Part shown: positions 32,820 through 44,903 of the stretch, piece after piece
Position numbering within the stretch: position 1 is the stretch's first letter
How the letters are laid out: every line of letters starts with the position of its first letter
Source: Chloroflexota bacterium
GTDB taxonomy: Bacteria; Chloroflexota; Limnocylindria; QHBO01
Assembly: GCA_013694795.1 (NCBI GenBank)
Contig: JACDBS010000117.1
Span: 1-48,679, forward strand
Direction: 5' to 3'
Length of the DNA: 48,679 nt
Program-made: the position numbers and the translations under genes
The notes under the pieces: generated by a model
The model's database searches: none
Told to the model about the DNA's origin: nothing
What the model saw: only the letters and a program-made list of their open reading frames with translations

Positions 32820-33728
32820 ATGCGCTGGCTCGAGCTGAGCGTCGAGGCCGATGTCGAGGCCGTCGAGGCGGTGTCCGAGATCCTGGGCCGGATCGGTGGC
32901 GGGACGTCCGTCCAGCCAACGCGGCTGATCCATGATCCGAACGACGAGCTCGCGGCACGAGAGGACCCGGCAGCCCCCTTCGTCGTGACCGCCCATGTCG
33001 CCGACGACCCCGATGGCGCCGATGCGGTCGACGCCACCGAACGGGCGCTATGGCACCTCCAGGCCTTCGGGCTGCGCCCGGTTGGACCACTGCGCGTCCA
33101 GGTCGTCGACGATACGGACTGGACCGATGCCTGGAAGAAGCACTATGTCGCGCAGCGCATCGGTCGAGTCTTGATCACGCCGTCGTGGGCAGTGGAGGAA
33201 CCGGGTGAAGGCGAGGTCTCCCTCATTCTCGACCCGGGAATGGCCTTCGGGACGGGCCTGCATCCGACCACGCGCGGCTGCCTGGAACTGCTCCAGGGGG
33301 TGGGGCCGATGCCGGGGCGCGTCCTCGATGTCGGGTGTGGCTCCGGCATCCTGGGGCTGGCGGCTCTGCGCCTGGGCGCGGCTTACGCCGTCGGCATGGA
33401 TACCGATCAGCTCGCCGTTGATGCCACCCGAGCCAATGCGGAGCGCAACGGCCTGGGCGATGCGCTCGACGTGCAGCATGGCTCGCTGCCGGCGGTGCCC
33501 GAAGAGCGGTATTGGCTCGTCCTCGCCAACCTCGTGGCGGCGGTGCTGATCGATCTCGCCCCAAGGCTGGCGGGCCACCTGGTGCGCGGAGGCGCGCTCA
33601 TCGTCGGCGGAATCATCGAGCCACGGGCCGCTGAGGTCATCGCTGCCATGCTCGCGGCCGGGCTCAGCGTGGCGGAGCGCCGCGACGACGGAGAATGGGT
33701 CTCACTGCGGCTGGAGCACGAGGTGTGA
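32820..33728 (+). CDS. prmA: ribosomal protein L11 methyltransferase
   Basis: MRWLELSV...WTDAWKKHY...DPGMAFGTGLHPTT...VLDVGCGSGILG. Only the C-terminal 302 aa of track ORF 32169..33728 are taken as real. Confidence 0.88.
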   Translation: MRWLELSVEADVEAVEAVSEILGRIGGGTSVQPTRLIHDPNDELAAREDPAAPFVVTAHVADDPDGADAVDATERALWHLQAFGLRPVGPLRVQVVDDTDWTDAWKKHYVAQRIGRVLITPSWAVEEPGEGEVSLILDPGMAFGTGLHPTTRGCLELLQGVGPMPGRVLDVGCGSGILGLAALRLGAAYAVGMDTDQLAVDATRANAERNGLGDALDVQHGSLPAVPEERYWLVLANLVAAVLIDLAPRLAGHLVRGGALIVGGIIEPRAAEVIAAMLAAGLSVAERRDDGEWVSLRLEHEV

Positions 33729-34414
33729 CCCTGCATCGGTTCTTCGTCGATCCCGCTGCCATGGCGGGCGAGCGCTTCGCGATCCCGTCGGCCATCGAGC
33801 GGCAGGTGCGCGGCGTGCTCCGCCTGGGGGATGGCGACCGGATCGTCCTGCTTCCCGGCGACGGTACGGAGGCCGTGTGCCGCCTTGCCGACGGAGACTG
33901 CGTTGTCGAGGAGCGGCGCACGGTGGCCAGCGAGCCTCGCCATCGGCTCACCGTCGTCCAGGCGCTGCTCAAGGGTGACGCGCTCGAGGAGGTGGTGCAG
34001 CACGCAACCGAGGTGGGTGTCGCTCGATTCCGACTGGTGGTGACCGAGCGTTGCGTTGCCCGCGAGCTCTCGGCAGGCAAGCTAGAACGGCTGCGGGCCA
34101 TCGTCCGCGAGGCAGCCGAGCAGTCGGAGCGAGGGATCGTGCCGGCGGTCGAGCCCCCGGTAGCGCTGTCCGAAGCGTTCGAACCCGGATCGGTCCTGCT
34201 CTTCGAACGCCACGATGGGTTGGGTCTCGCGGCGATCACGCCGCCGACAAGCCTCATCATCGGTCCAGAGGGTGGCTTCGGCGATGGCGAGGTCGCAGCC
34301 GCCGGGCAGGCTGGCGTCATCCTCGCGGGGCTCGGTCCGCGCATCCTCCGCTCGGAGACGGTGGCGGTGGCTGCGGCGGCGGTGGTCTTGTCGCGCACCG
34401 GCGACTTCGCCTAG
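33725..34414 (+). CDS. rsmE: 16S rRNA (uracil1498-N3)-methyltransferase RsmE
   Basis: (V)TLHRFFV...VVQALLKGDALEEVVQHATEVGV...IGPEGGF...LGPRILRSETVAV. GTG 33725 overlaps the prmA stop (GTGA). Confidence 0.85.
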   Translation: MTLHRFFVDPAAMAGERFAIPSAIERQVRGVLRLGDGDRIVLLPGDGTEAVCRLADGDCVVEERRTVASEPRHRLTVVQALLKGDALEEVVQHATEVGVARFRLVVTERCVARELSAGKLERLRAIVREAAEQSERGIVPAVEPPVALSEAFEPGSVLLFERHDGLGLAAITPPTSLIIGPEGGFGDGEVAAAGQAGVILAGLGPRILRSETVAVAAAAVVLSRTGDFA

Positions 34415-34424
34415 GCTGCCGGCC

Positions 34425-34766
34425 ATGATGGATTGCCTGTTCTGCAAGATCGTGGCGGGCGAGATCCCGTCCGACCAGGTCCACGCTGACGACGAGGTGA
34501 TCGCCTTCCGCGACATCGCCCCGCGCGCTCCGACCCACGTGCTCGTCATTCCGCGCCGGCACATTCCAGACGCTCACGCCTTGACCGATGCCGATGGCGA
34601 CCTGCTGGCGAAGCTGTTCGGTGTTGCTCGGAAGGTCGCGGATGATGCGGGCCTGTCGGAGGGCTACCGGGTGGTGACCAATGTTGGATCCGACGCGGGC
34701 CAGACCGTGTTTCATCTCCACCTGCACCTGCTCGGCGGCCGCCCCATGGCCTGGCCTCCCGGCTGA
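34425..34766 (+). CDS. HIT-family (histidine triad) nucleotide hydrolase
   Basis: MMDCLFCKIVAGEIPS...THVLVIPRRH...QTVFHLHLHLLGG (HxHxHxx motif). Start at internal ATG 34425. Confidence 0.88.
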   Translation: MMDCLFCKIVAGEIPSDQVHADDEVIAFRDIAPRAPTHVLVIPRRHIPDAHALTDADGDLLAKLFGVARKVADDAGLSEGYRVVTNVGSDAGQTVFHLHLHLLGGRPMAWPPG

Positions 34767-34775
34767 CGGGGCCAA

Positions 34776-34804
34776 TTGACCCTCATCGGCTCCGCTGGTA
34801 CCCT
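34776..34804 (+). promoter_or_regulatory. putative promoter for rpsU
   Basis: TTGACC (34776-34781), 17-nt spacer, TACCCT (34799-34804). Located 80 nt upstream of the rpsU start. Confidence 0.3.
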
Positions 34805-34884
34805 GCGCTTCGCTTGCGTGCCCGGCGGGCAAAGACCGCCGTGGGGTGGACACGAACTATTGAAGCGGGAAGGAGGCGAGACGC

Positions 34885-35064
34885 TTGGCAGAAGTCCGCG
34901 TGGGCGAGAATGAGACATTCGAGAGCGCGCTGCGTCGATTCAACAAGAAGATTCAGCAGTCAGGGATCCTGGCTGAGGCACGACGCCGCGAGCACTACGA
35001 GAAGCCCAGCGTGAAGCGAAAGCGCAAGGAAGCCAAGAAGCGCAAGGTAACCTCGCGCTTCTAG
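34885..35064 (+). CDS. rpsU: 30S ribosomal protein S21 (TTG start; not in the ORF track)
   Basis: Read directly: (L/M)[64 protein letters not shown] at 34871-34876, eight nt before the TTG. Track ORF 34814..35014 is in another frame. Confidence 0.85.
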   Translation: MAEVRVGENETFESALRRFNKKIQQSGILAEARRREHYEKPSVKRKRKEAKKRKVTSRF

Positions 35065-35122
35065 TCGCCAGACGCCAGCCTCAACACAACCGAACCGGCG
35101 CAACGGAGGGATCACCAGACCG

Positions 35123-35596
35123 ATGACGCCGGACGCCGAGACGACCATGACGCTCCAACAGCGGCTCGAATCCGCCATGCGTGACGGCATGCGCGCCCGC
35201 GACGAGCAGCGCACCCAGACTCTGCGGATGGCGATGGCGGCTGCCCAGAACCAGCGCATTGCCCGCGGCCGCGACCTCACCGACGAGGAGGTCGTCGACG
35301 TCCTGACGAAGCAGGTCAAGCAGCGCCGCGAGAGCATCGCCATGTACCGCGACGCCGGACGCGAGGATCGCGCCGCGTCCGAGGAAGCGGAGGCCGCCAT
35401 CCTGGCCGAGTTCCTCCCCGCGCAGCTGTCGGAATCCGAGGTCGAAACGATGGCGCGCGCCGCCATCGCCGAAACCGGGGCCGCGTCGTCCGCCGACCTG
35501 GGCAGGGTCATGGGCCGGCTCTCGCCTCAGACCAGGGGACGTGCCGACGGCCAATTGGTGAGCGAGATCGTCCGCCGCCTGCTCACAGGGTCCTAG
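35123..35596 (+). CDS. yqeY: GatB/YqeY domain protein
   Basis: LQQRLESAMRDGMRARDE..TQTLRM...EEVVDVLTKQVKQRRESIAMYRDAGR...AE.AILAEFLP..LSE.E. Start may be ATG 35147. Confidence 0.85.
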   Translation: MTPDAETTMTLQQRLESAMRDGMRARDEQRTQTLRMAMAAAQNQRIARGRDLTDEEVVDVLTKQVKQRRESIAMYRDAGREDRAASEEAEAAILAEFLPAQLSESEVETMARAAIAETGAASSADLGRVMGRLSPQTRGRADGQLVSEIVRRLLTGS

Positions 35597-35605
35597 CGCC
35601 AGCAC

Positions 35606-37717
35606 ATGTTCATTCCGCGCACGCTGGCCGAGCAGGATGGGGAAGGTCGCGGCGCCGTGGCGCGAGCGATGATCGTCATCGGCATCCTGGCCACGACGCT
35701 GTTCTTCATCCTGTCCGCCAACATCACCCTCGGCCAGGAGGACCTGGTCTCCGGACAGATCGCACCGCGCGACATCTTTGCCCAGCGCGAGGCGACCTTC
35801 GATTCTCCCAGCCTCACCCAGGAGGTACGCGACGCGGCCGCGGAGAATGTGCTCCCGCAGACCGTGACGATCAAGTCGCCGGCGGACAACCAGGAGGATC
35901 AGCTCCTGGCGTTCGACGCGATGTCGCGTCGTGTCGTCCGGGTCCTCAACCTCCGTGACGCTGGTTCGCTGTCGGGCGACGGCGTGGTCGAGCGGTTGTC
36001 GGCGGATACGCCGGCGATTCCTTTCTCCCAGCGGACGGTTGTCGCAACCCTGGGCGCCGATCGCTGGGGCGTCATCGCCGATGGGGCGCGCACCGCGGTG
36101 GCGGCGATCCTGGCCGGCTCCGTCCGCGAGGACGACCTGGTCCGGGTGCGCACCGAGGTGCGCGACCTCGTCACCACCGATCTCGCCGCCGAGGAGCGCG
36201 AGCTGGCCGGCGCCCTGGCCGCGGCGTTCGTCGAGCCGACGGAGCGGGTCGACCGAGAGCTCACCGCGCTCCAGGAGCAGCAGGCGCGCGCGGCCGTTCC
36301 CCCGGTCGTAGTCGACGTCATCCGCGGCGAGAAGATCGTCGATGCGGGCGAGCGGATCACCGCGCAACAGTTCGAGATCCTCGACGCGCTGGGCCTCGCT
36401 CGTCCGGTGGTGGCGGTCGGCACCGTGTTCGGCAACGCCCTGGTGGCAGTGCTCATCGCCGCGCTGGTGGTCGGCTACCTGTGGCGTTTCGAGCCGGCCA
36501 TCTGGCACCGCAATCGATCCGTGCTCCTCTTCGTGCTCTCGCTCGTGGTCAGTGCCCTGGCACTCCGCATCGCCGCCGACCGGACGCTGCTGGCTTTCGT
36601 GGTGCCGACGACCGCGACGGTGCTTCTCATCGGCATCCTGCTCCAGAGTGGGGCCGGGGCCGTCATGGGCGGCGCCCTGGCAATCCTGGCCGGGATCATG
36701 AACCGCGACGCGCTCGAGCTGACCGTCTACGTGCTGGCCGGCGGCCTCGCCGCCCTGCTGGCCATCACCCGTGCGGAGCGGCTCAACGCCTTCGTCCGCG
36801 TCTTCGTGGCACTGGTTGCCACGAATCTGGCGGTCGTGGTCGCCTTCAGCCTGCTCGAGCAGCGCGAGATCACCGCCTTCCTTGAGCTGAGCGGCGTTGC
36901 CATCCTGAACGCCCTCCTGTCGGTGGCCCTCGCCGCCGGCAGCTTCGCGGTGCTCGGCAACGTGTTCGGGATCATGACCCTGTTCCAGTTGCTGGAGCTG
37001 GCCAACCCGTCGAACCGGCTGTTGCGGCGGCTCCTGCTCGAGACGCCCGGCACGTACCACCACAGCGTCATGGTGGGCAACCTGGCCGAGCGCGCGGCGG
37101 AGACCATCGGCGCGGATCCGCTGCTCGCGCGCGTGGCAGCCTACTACCACGACATCGGCAAGATGAAGAACCCGTTGGCCTTCATCGAGAACCAGGGCGG
37201 CGCCCACAACATTCACGATGACCTGGCCGCCGAGACCAGCGCCCGTATCATCTCCGGCCACATCCGTGACGGGATCGATCTCGGCTACGCGCATGGGCTG
37301 CCGGTCCAGATCATCGGCTTCATCCCCCAGCACCACGGGACCAGCGTGATGACCTATTTCCACACCAAGGCATTGCGCGAGGCTGGCGGGCGCGAAGAGC
37401 TCGTCGACGAACGAACCTACCGCTATCCGGGGCCCAAGCCGCAAAGTCGCGAGGCGGCCATCATCATGCTCGCCGACGGCGTCGAGGCCTCCGTTCGCTC
37501 ATTGGACGAGAAGGACGAGGCGAGCATTCGCGCCATGGTCGACCGGATGGTGGACGCCCGGGTCGCGGATGGCCAGCTCGACGACGCCGAGCTGACGCTG
37601 AAGAACATCGCGCAGATCAAGGACGCCTTCGTGGGCCAGCTGCTGGGCATGTACCACGCCCGCATCAAGTACCCCGACAACGTGGTGCCCATGGAGGGCC
37701 ACCGCGAGGAGGCCTGA
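35606..37717 (+). CDS. pgpH: 7TM-receptor HD-domain phosphohydrolase (PgpH-like cyclic-di-AMP phosphodiesterase)
   Basis: N-terminal TM helix plus extracellular region, a 7-TM block, and a C-terminal HD domain: TYHHSVMVGNLAE...YYHDIGK...IPQHHGT...LADGVEA. Confidence 0.85.
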   Translation: MFIPRTLAEQDGEGRGAVARAMIVIGILATTLFFILSANITLGQEDLVSGQIAPRDIFAQREATFDSPSLTQEVRDAAAENVLPQTVTIKSPADNQEDQLLAFDAMSRRVVRVLNLRDAGSLSGDGVVERLSADTPAIPFSQRTVVATLGADRWGVIADGARTAVAAILAGSVREDDLVRVRTEVRDLVTTDLAAEERELAGALAAAFVEPTERVDRELTALQEQQARAAVPPVVVDVIRGEKIVDAGERITAQQFEILDALGLARPVVAVGTVFGNALVAVLIAALVVGYLWRFEPAIWHRNRSVLLFVLSLVVSALALRIAADRTLLAFVVPTTATVLLIGILLQSGAGAVMGGALAILAGIMNRDALELTVYVLAGGLAALLAITRAERLNAFVRVFVALVATNLAVVVAFSLLEQREITAFLELSGVAILNALLSVALAAGSFAVLGNVFGIMTLFQLLELANPSNRLLRRLLLETPGTYHHSVMVGNLAERAAETIGADPLLARVAAYYHDIGKMKNPLAFIENQGGAHNIHDDLAAETSARIISGHIRDGIDLGYAHGLPVQIIGFIPQHHGTSVMTYFHTKALREAGGREELVDERTYRYPGPKPQSREAAIIMLADGVEASVRSLDEKDEASIRAMVDRMVDARVADGQLDDAELTLKNIAQIKDAFVGQLLGMYHARIKYPDNVVPMEGHREEA

Positions 37718-37779
37718 CCTCCACACTGACCGATCACCCCTTGAGCCGAGGGCATGATCCCGACTACGATGGTCGCCTC

Positions 37780-38367
37780 ATGGGCTGTACGGTCACCTTC
37801 CACGACCGGATCGGGCACGATCGCATCGAGCAGGCGGTCGAGCCGCTCGACGCGCGCGCAGCGCTGGCGCTCCTCGAGTCCGCGGTGTGCGAGACGGTGC
37901 ATGCCGCCTTCGGCAAACAGCCGACCGAGGTCGAGCTCACGCTCGCCGGCGACGCGGCGATGGAGCGCCTCAACTTCGACCACATGGGCGAGCGCGGCCC
38001 CACCGACGTGCTCTCGTTCCCGCTGCACGAGTGGGCGCTCAATGGTCGTGAATCACACCTGACCGATGACGACGGCGTCGCTCCACCGGGACCGCTCCTT
38101 CTGGGCGACGTGGTGATCGATATCGACCAGGCGCTGCGCCAGGCGGCGGAGGGCGACTGGGGCGTGACCGAGGAGATCGTTCTGTTGGCCATCCACGGCA
38201 CGCTGCACCTGCTCGGCCATGATCACGCCGAGATGGACGAGGAGGAGCGCATGCGCGCGCTTGAGCACCAGGTCCTGGGCGTCCTGCATCGGCGCCACAG
38301 GGACGTGCCGTGGCAGCCCGGTTCGCTCTTCGATCGTGCCGGCCACGCGGTGACCAGCGGCAGCTGA
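37780..38367 (+). CDS. ybeY: rRNA maturation endoribonuclease YbeY
   Basis: PTDVLSFP..., zinc motif LLAIHGTLHLLGHDH. Start at ATG 37780 inside the track ORF that starts at TTG 37741. Longer than typical YbeY: internal insert and C-terminal tail. Confidence 0.85.
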   Translation: MGCTVTFHDRIGHDRIEQAVEPLDARAALALLESAVCETVHAAFGKQPTEVELTLAGDAAMERLNFDHMGERGPTDVLSFPLHEWALNGRESHLTDDDGVAPPGPLLLGDVVIDIDQALRQAAEGDWGVTEEIVLLAIHGTLHLLGHDHAEMDEEERMRALEHQVLGVLHRRHRDVPWQPGSLFDRAGHAVTSGS

Positions 38368-38400
38368 GCCGGTTCGGGGCCGCGAGCGCCGGTTGCGCTC

Positions 38401-38511
38401 AGCGCACCCATCTACGAAGTAAGGGCAAGAACCGGGCAAGAGTTGCCTCCCGGCGCAACTCTCGGTCGCCTATCGGTCCAGCGCGGCCTGAGCTTCGTAG
38501 TTGGGTGCGTT
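38401..38511 (+). other. structured element: 19-position closing stem enclosing 73 nt with an inner 8-bp hairpin (possible sRNA, 3'UTR element or MITE-like repeat)
   Basis: 38401-38419 (agcgcacccatctacgaag) pairs with 38493-38511 (cttcgtagttgggtgcgtt): 17 Watson-Crick pairs, 1 G-U and 1 mismatch. Inner hairpin AGAGTTGC (38439-46) / GCAACTCT (38455-62). A third GCAACTC copy is at 38515-38521. Confidence 0.3.
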
Positions 38512-38523
38512 CAGTGCAACTCG

Positions 38524-38563
38524 CGAGCCCGCCTGGAGCACAGGAGTTTCAGCCCCGGGCTCG
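38524..38563 (+). terminator. candidate terminator hairpin in the ybeY / oxidoreductase convergent gap
   Basis: CGAGCCCG (38524-31) pairs with CGGGCTCG (38556-63) around a 24-nt loop, followed by TTTCG on the plus strand. Confidence 0.3.
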
Positions 38564-38591
38564 TTTCGCTCGCTCCGGTCGGGCGCTGGCG

Positions 38592-39773
38592 TCAGGTCGG
38601 GCGAGAAGCGTCAAGTTCCGGTGGCGGTGAGGTGCCGTCGAGGACGGCGCGGGCGGCCATGGCCGCTGATGCGGGACCGGTGCTGATGCCCCACGGACCG
38701 TGGCCGGCACAGATGAACAGCCCGTCGGTGGCTCCCGCCGCGCCGATGAAGGGACGGCCGTCCATGGACTGCGGCCGGGCGCACATGCGGCGCCCGACGA
38801 TCTCGGCCTCCATGACGGCGGGTAGGAAGGTTGCGGCACGGCGGAGGAGCAACGCACCGATCCGCTCCGGCTCCGGTTCGATTGCCAGGAAGGTGGAGCC
38901 CACGGTGCTGATGTCGCCTGCGCTGGCGATGCTGAAGAGCGATGGGGGATCGGCCTCGGAATCCGCCGGCTGGGCGGCGCGTGTCGTGGCGGCGGCCGCG
39001 CGGTTCACCGCGTCCACCTCATCTTCCTCGACGATATGCCGCGGGGCGTGTCCGTCCAGGCGGAGCTGGAGGGTGACACCCCACGTCGCATGGATTGGCC
39101 GCCAGTTTCCGGAGGGGTCGACCAGCGCGGGAGACCACGGCCCGGCGGCCACCAGCACGGCGCCAGCATCGATCCTCATGCCGCCCTCGAGGGTCACCCC
39201 CACCACGCGACCATCGCTGACGCGCGGCCGCCCCGGGGAGCCGACCACGAACACCGCGCCGCGATCGTCCGCCAGCGACGCCCATGCCGCGGTGGCCGAG
39301 GCCGGCGGGATCGGGTAGCCGGTGGCCACGCGCACGGCGGCCGGACCGTGCGTCAACGAGGGCTCGAGCCGGTGGACCTCATCAGCGGTGAGGAGCTCCG
39401 CGCCGAGCTCTGGAAAGGCGTCGGCCATGCGCCGAGCCTGGGCTGCGGCCGCATCGGGATCGCGGTTGAGCAGCAGTAGCCCGGCAGGTGTTGCGCCCAT
39501 GGCGAAGTCGGTATCGGTCCGATCCGCCAATGCCCGATAGCGGTCAAGGCTCTCGTGATAGAGCTCGGCCAGCACGGAGTCGAATGGATGCTGGATGGCG
39601 CCGAGGTTCCGACCAGACGCGCCCGCACCGACTGCGGTGCCCTCGACGAGGACGACGCGCGCGCCCCGGTCGGCCATGATCGCGGCGGCCGCGCAGCCGA
39701 TGACTCCGCCGCCGATCACGACGACATCAGCGCTGGACGGTACATGGTGGGGGTGGTTTCGAGGTCGCTCCAC
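38592..39773 (-). CDS. FAD-dependent oxidoreductase (DAO/glycine oxidase-like family)
   Basis: DVVVIGGGVIGCAAAAIMADRGARVVLVE dinucleotide-binding motif; C-terminal GHGPWGIS. The track ORF runs to 39836 but would overlap the pth start, so GTG 39773 is chosen. The start remains uncertain. Confidence 0.7.
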   Translation of the reverse strand: MERPRNHPHHVPSSADVVVIGGGVIGCAAAAIMADRGARVVLVEGTAVGAGASGRNLGAIQHPFDSVLAELYHESLDRYRALADRTDTDFAMGATPAGLLLLNRDPDAAAAQARRMADAFPELGAELLTADEVHRLEPSLTHGPAAVRVATGYPIPPASATAAWASLADDRGAVFVVGSPGRPRVSDGRVVGVTLEGGMRIDAGAVLVAAGPWSPALVDPSGNWRPIHATWGVTLQLRLDGHAPRHIVEEDEVDAVNRAAAATTRAAQPADSEADPPSLFSIASAGDISTVGSTFLAIEPEPERIGALLLRRAATFLPAVMEAEIVGRRMCARPQSMDGRPFIGAAGATDGLFICAGHGPWGISTGPASAAMAARAVLDGTSPPPELDASRPT

Positions 39774-39810
39774 GATTCGAGGATAGCGGGCGGGGTAGCA
39801 TCGGCCTCGC

Positions 39811-40398
39811 ATGAAGGTGATCTGCGGCCTCGGCAATCCGGGCGAGCGCTATCGGCTCACGCGCCACAACGTCGGCTTCCGGGTCGTGGATCTGCTCGCC
39901 GACCGCTGGGGACTGACCGGTGACGGCCGTGTCCGCGACGGTGCCGCGCTGCTGGAGGCTCTGCACCCCGAACCGGCCGGCAAGGTGCTCCTCGTCAAGC
40001 CGATGCGCTACATGAACCACTCGGGTGGATCCCTTCGCGCTGCCCTGAGCCAGACCGATGTCGAGGTCACATCCGACCTGCTGGTGGTGGCCGACGATAT
40101 CGACCTGCCGCTGGGACGGGTGCGGCTGCGCCGGTCCGGATCGGCCGGCGGCCACAACGGGCTGCGCGACATCATCAGCTCCTTCGGCACGAGCGAGTTC
40201 GCGCGGCTGCGGATCGGGATCGGCCGGGCGGGAGAGGCGGTGGACCACGTCCTCGCCACCTTCAAGCCCGATGAGCGCGAGCTGGCCGACGAGATGGTCC
40301 AGGTCGGTGCCGATGCCGCCGAGCGCTGGCTGCGCGACGGCATCGACGAGGCCATGAACGCCTTCAACGGCCTCGATCCCGCCGGACCTGGCGGCTGA
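39811..40398 (+). CDS. pth: peptidyl-tRNA hydrolase
   Basis: MKVICGLGNPGERYRLTRHNVGFRVVD...KPMRYMNHSG...DDIDLPLGRVRLR.SGSAGGHNGL. Confidence 0.93.
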   Translation: MKVICGLGNPGERYRLTRHNVGFRVVDLLADRWGLTGDGRVRDGAALLEALHPEPAGKVLLVKPMRYMNHSGGSLRAALSQTDVEVTSDLLVVADDIDLPLGRVRLRRSGSAGGHNGLRDIISSFGTSEFARLRIGIGRAGEAVDHVLATFKPDERELADEMVQVGADAAERWLRDGIDEAMNAFNGLDPAGPGG

Positions 40399-40430
40399 GG
40401 CTCACCTGGTCTCGGTTCCCGCCACGCCAC

Positions 40431-43856
<3,426 letters not shown>

Positions 43857-44000
43857 GGCACCCTGACTGTCCGCCGATGTCGTGGGAGCGAGAGAGCGCA
43901 CTACAGCCACCAGGGCCGGCTCAACGACAGCTCGATTACCGCGCGCAGCGACGCGAGTTCCGCGTCACGGCCAATCGGTGGTCTTCGCATCGCCCGATGT

Positions 44001-44543
44001 CTACGTCGGCGCGTGCGGGGTCAAGTTCGAGAACGTGACCTCGACCCTTGCCCGAAAGGTGGGCGGATCGATGGCGGGGTATCGGTGGAGGTCAGGCTGG
44101 ATCCGTGCGAAAAGCTCGAGCGCAAGTTGAGGCTGGATCAGACCACGACGCAGCATCTCTGCGACGTCTCGCCGATCCTGGTCGTGGCCGCGCTCAACCT
44201 TGGAGAGCGCCTGGGCGTAGAGGTCGTAGTGATAGAAGTTGACGGAGCCGTGGCGAGTGACGAAGAGGCTCCGCGTCTCCCAGCCGGGTAACGGGGGAAT
44301 GAAGTCCGCCGGCGACGCCAGCTCGACGTTGACCTCGAGTTCCTCTTTGAGGACGGGCAGGAGCCGGAGGAGCCGGTCGTCATCGGGTTCGATCTTGATG
44401 TCGACATCGATGGTGCTCGCTCGCCAGCCCATGAGCACCGCGGTCGCGCCTCCGGTCACGTGAACGGTGGCTTCTACTCGCGCTCGCTCGCCGAACGCGC
44501 GCATGAACGACTCGACGCGCTGTGCGTCAGCGCGACTTCGCAT
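44001..44543 (-). CDS. minimal nucleotidyltransferase-fold protein (DUF6036-like)
   Basis: Start at internal ATG 44543 (MRSRADAQRV...). Pol-beta-type motif VTGGATAVLMGWRASTIDVDI (GG-x13-DxD). About 180 aa. Overlaps the upstream ORF by 17 nt. Confidence 0.6.
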   Translation of the reverse strand: MRSRADAQRVESFMRAFGERARVEATVHVTGGATAVLMGWRASTIDVDIKIEPDDDRLLRLLPVLKEELEVNVELASPADFIPPLPGWETRSLFVTRHGSVNFYHYDLYAQALSKVERGHDQDRRDVAEMLRRGLIQPQLALELFARIQPDLHRYPAIDPPTFRARVEVTFSNLTPHAPT

Positions 44544-44832
44544 GTTCGGCCGCGCGCTCGAAACTGACCAGGCGGCGGACCAGGGCGTTATAGCGCCCGT
44601 GGGCCGCATCGGCGTCTTCTTCGCTCAGTCGGTCATAGAGTCGGTGCTCGGGATCAGCGGTCAGCCCCGACGGCAGCGCAAGGCCGATCGCCCGCAGGCG
44701 GGGGGCGCCGATGGCGACCAGGAGCGCTGCGAGGCTATCGGTCTCGCCCCGGGCGAGATCCTCCAGACCCTGCCGAACCAGTTCATATCCCGGCAGGGTT
44801 TCGAGGCGCTGCGGGCTCATTTCAGGCGACAC
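44527..44832 (-). CDS. 101-aa helical hypothetical protein, partner of the nucleotidyltransferase
   Basis: Track ORF with a GTG start (ATG at 44820 is an alternative). Co-directional and overlapping with the downstream nucleotidyltransferase gene. No family recognised. Confidence 0.45.
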   Translation of the reverse strand: MSPEMSPQRLETLPGYELVRQGLEDLARGETDSLAALLVAIGAPRLRAIGLALPSGLTADPEHRLYDRLSEEDADAAHGRYNALVRRLVSFERAAEHAKSR

Positions 44833-44903
44833 AGTGCGTCGATACTAGTCGAGGGAGCGCAACCGCCCCCTCGACCACGTCGTCCCAAGTGCCGAAAGGG
44901 AGG

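Noticed and set aside
34814-35014. 66-aa track ORF in the HIT-yqeY gap
   Set aside because: It is the wrong frame. The same DNA read from TTG 34885 gives a textbook ribosomal protein S21 with a proper SD.
35081-37444. 787-aa ORF antisense to yqeY and pgpH
   Set aside because: It spans two real plus-strand genes and the gap between them. It has low-complexity Arg/Gly/Asp/His composition and no family signature. I treat it as a high-GC artefact.
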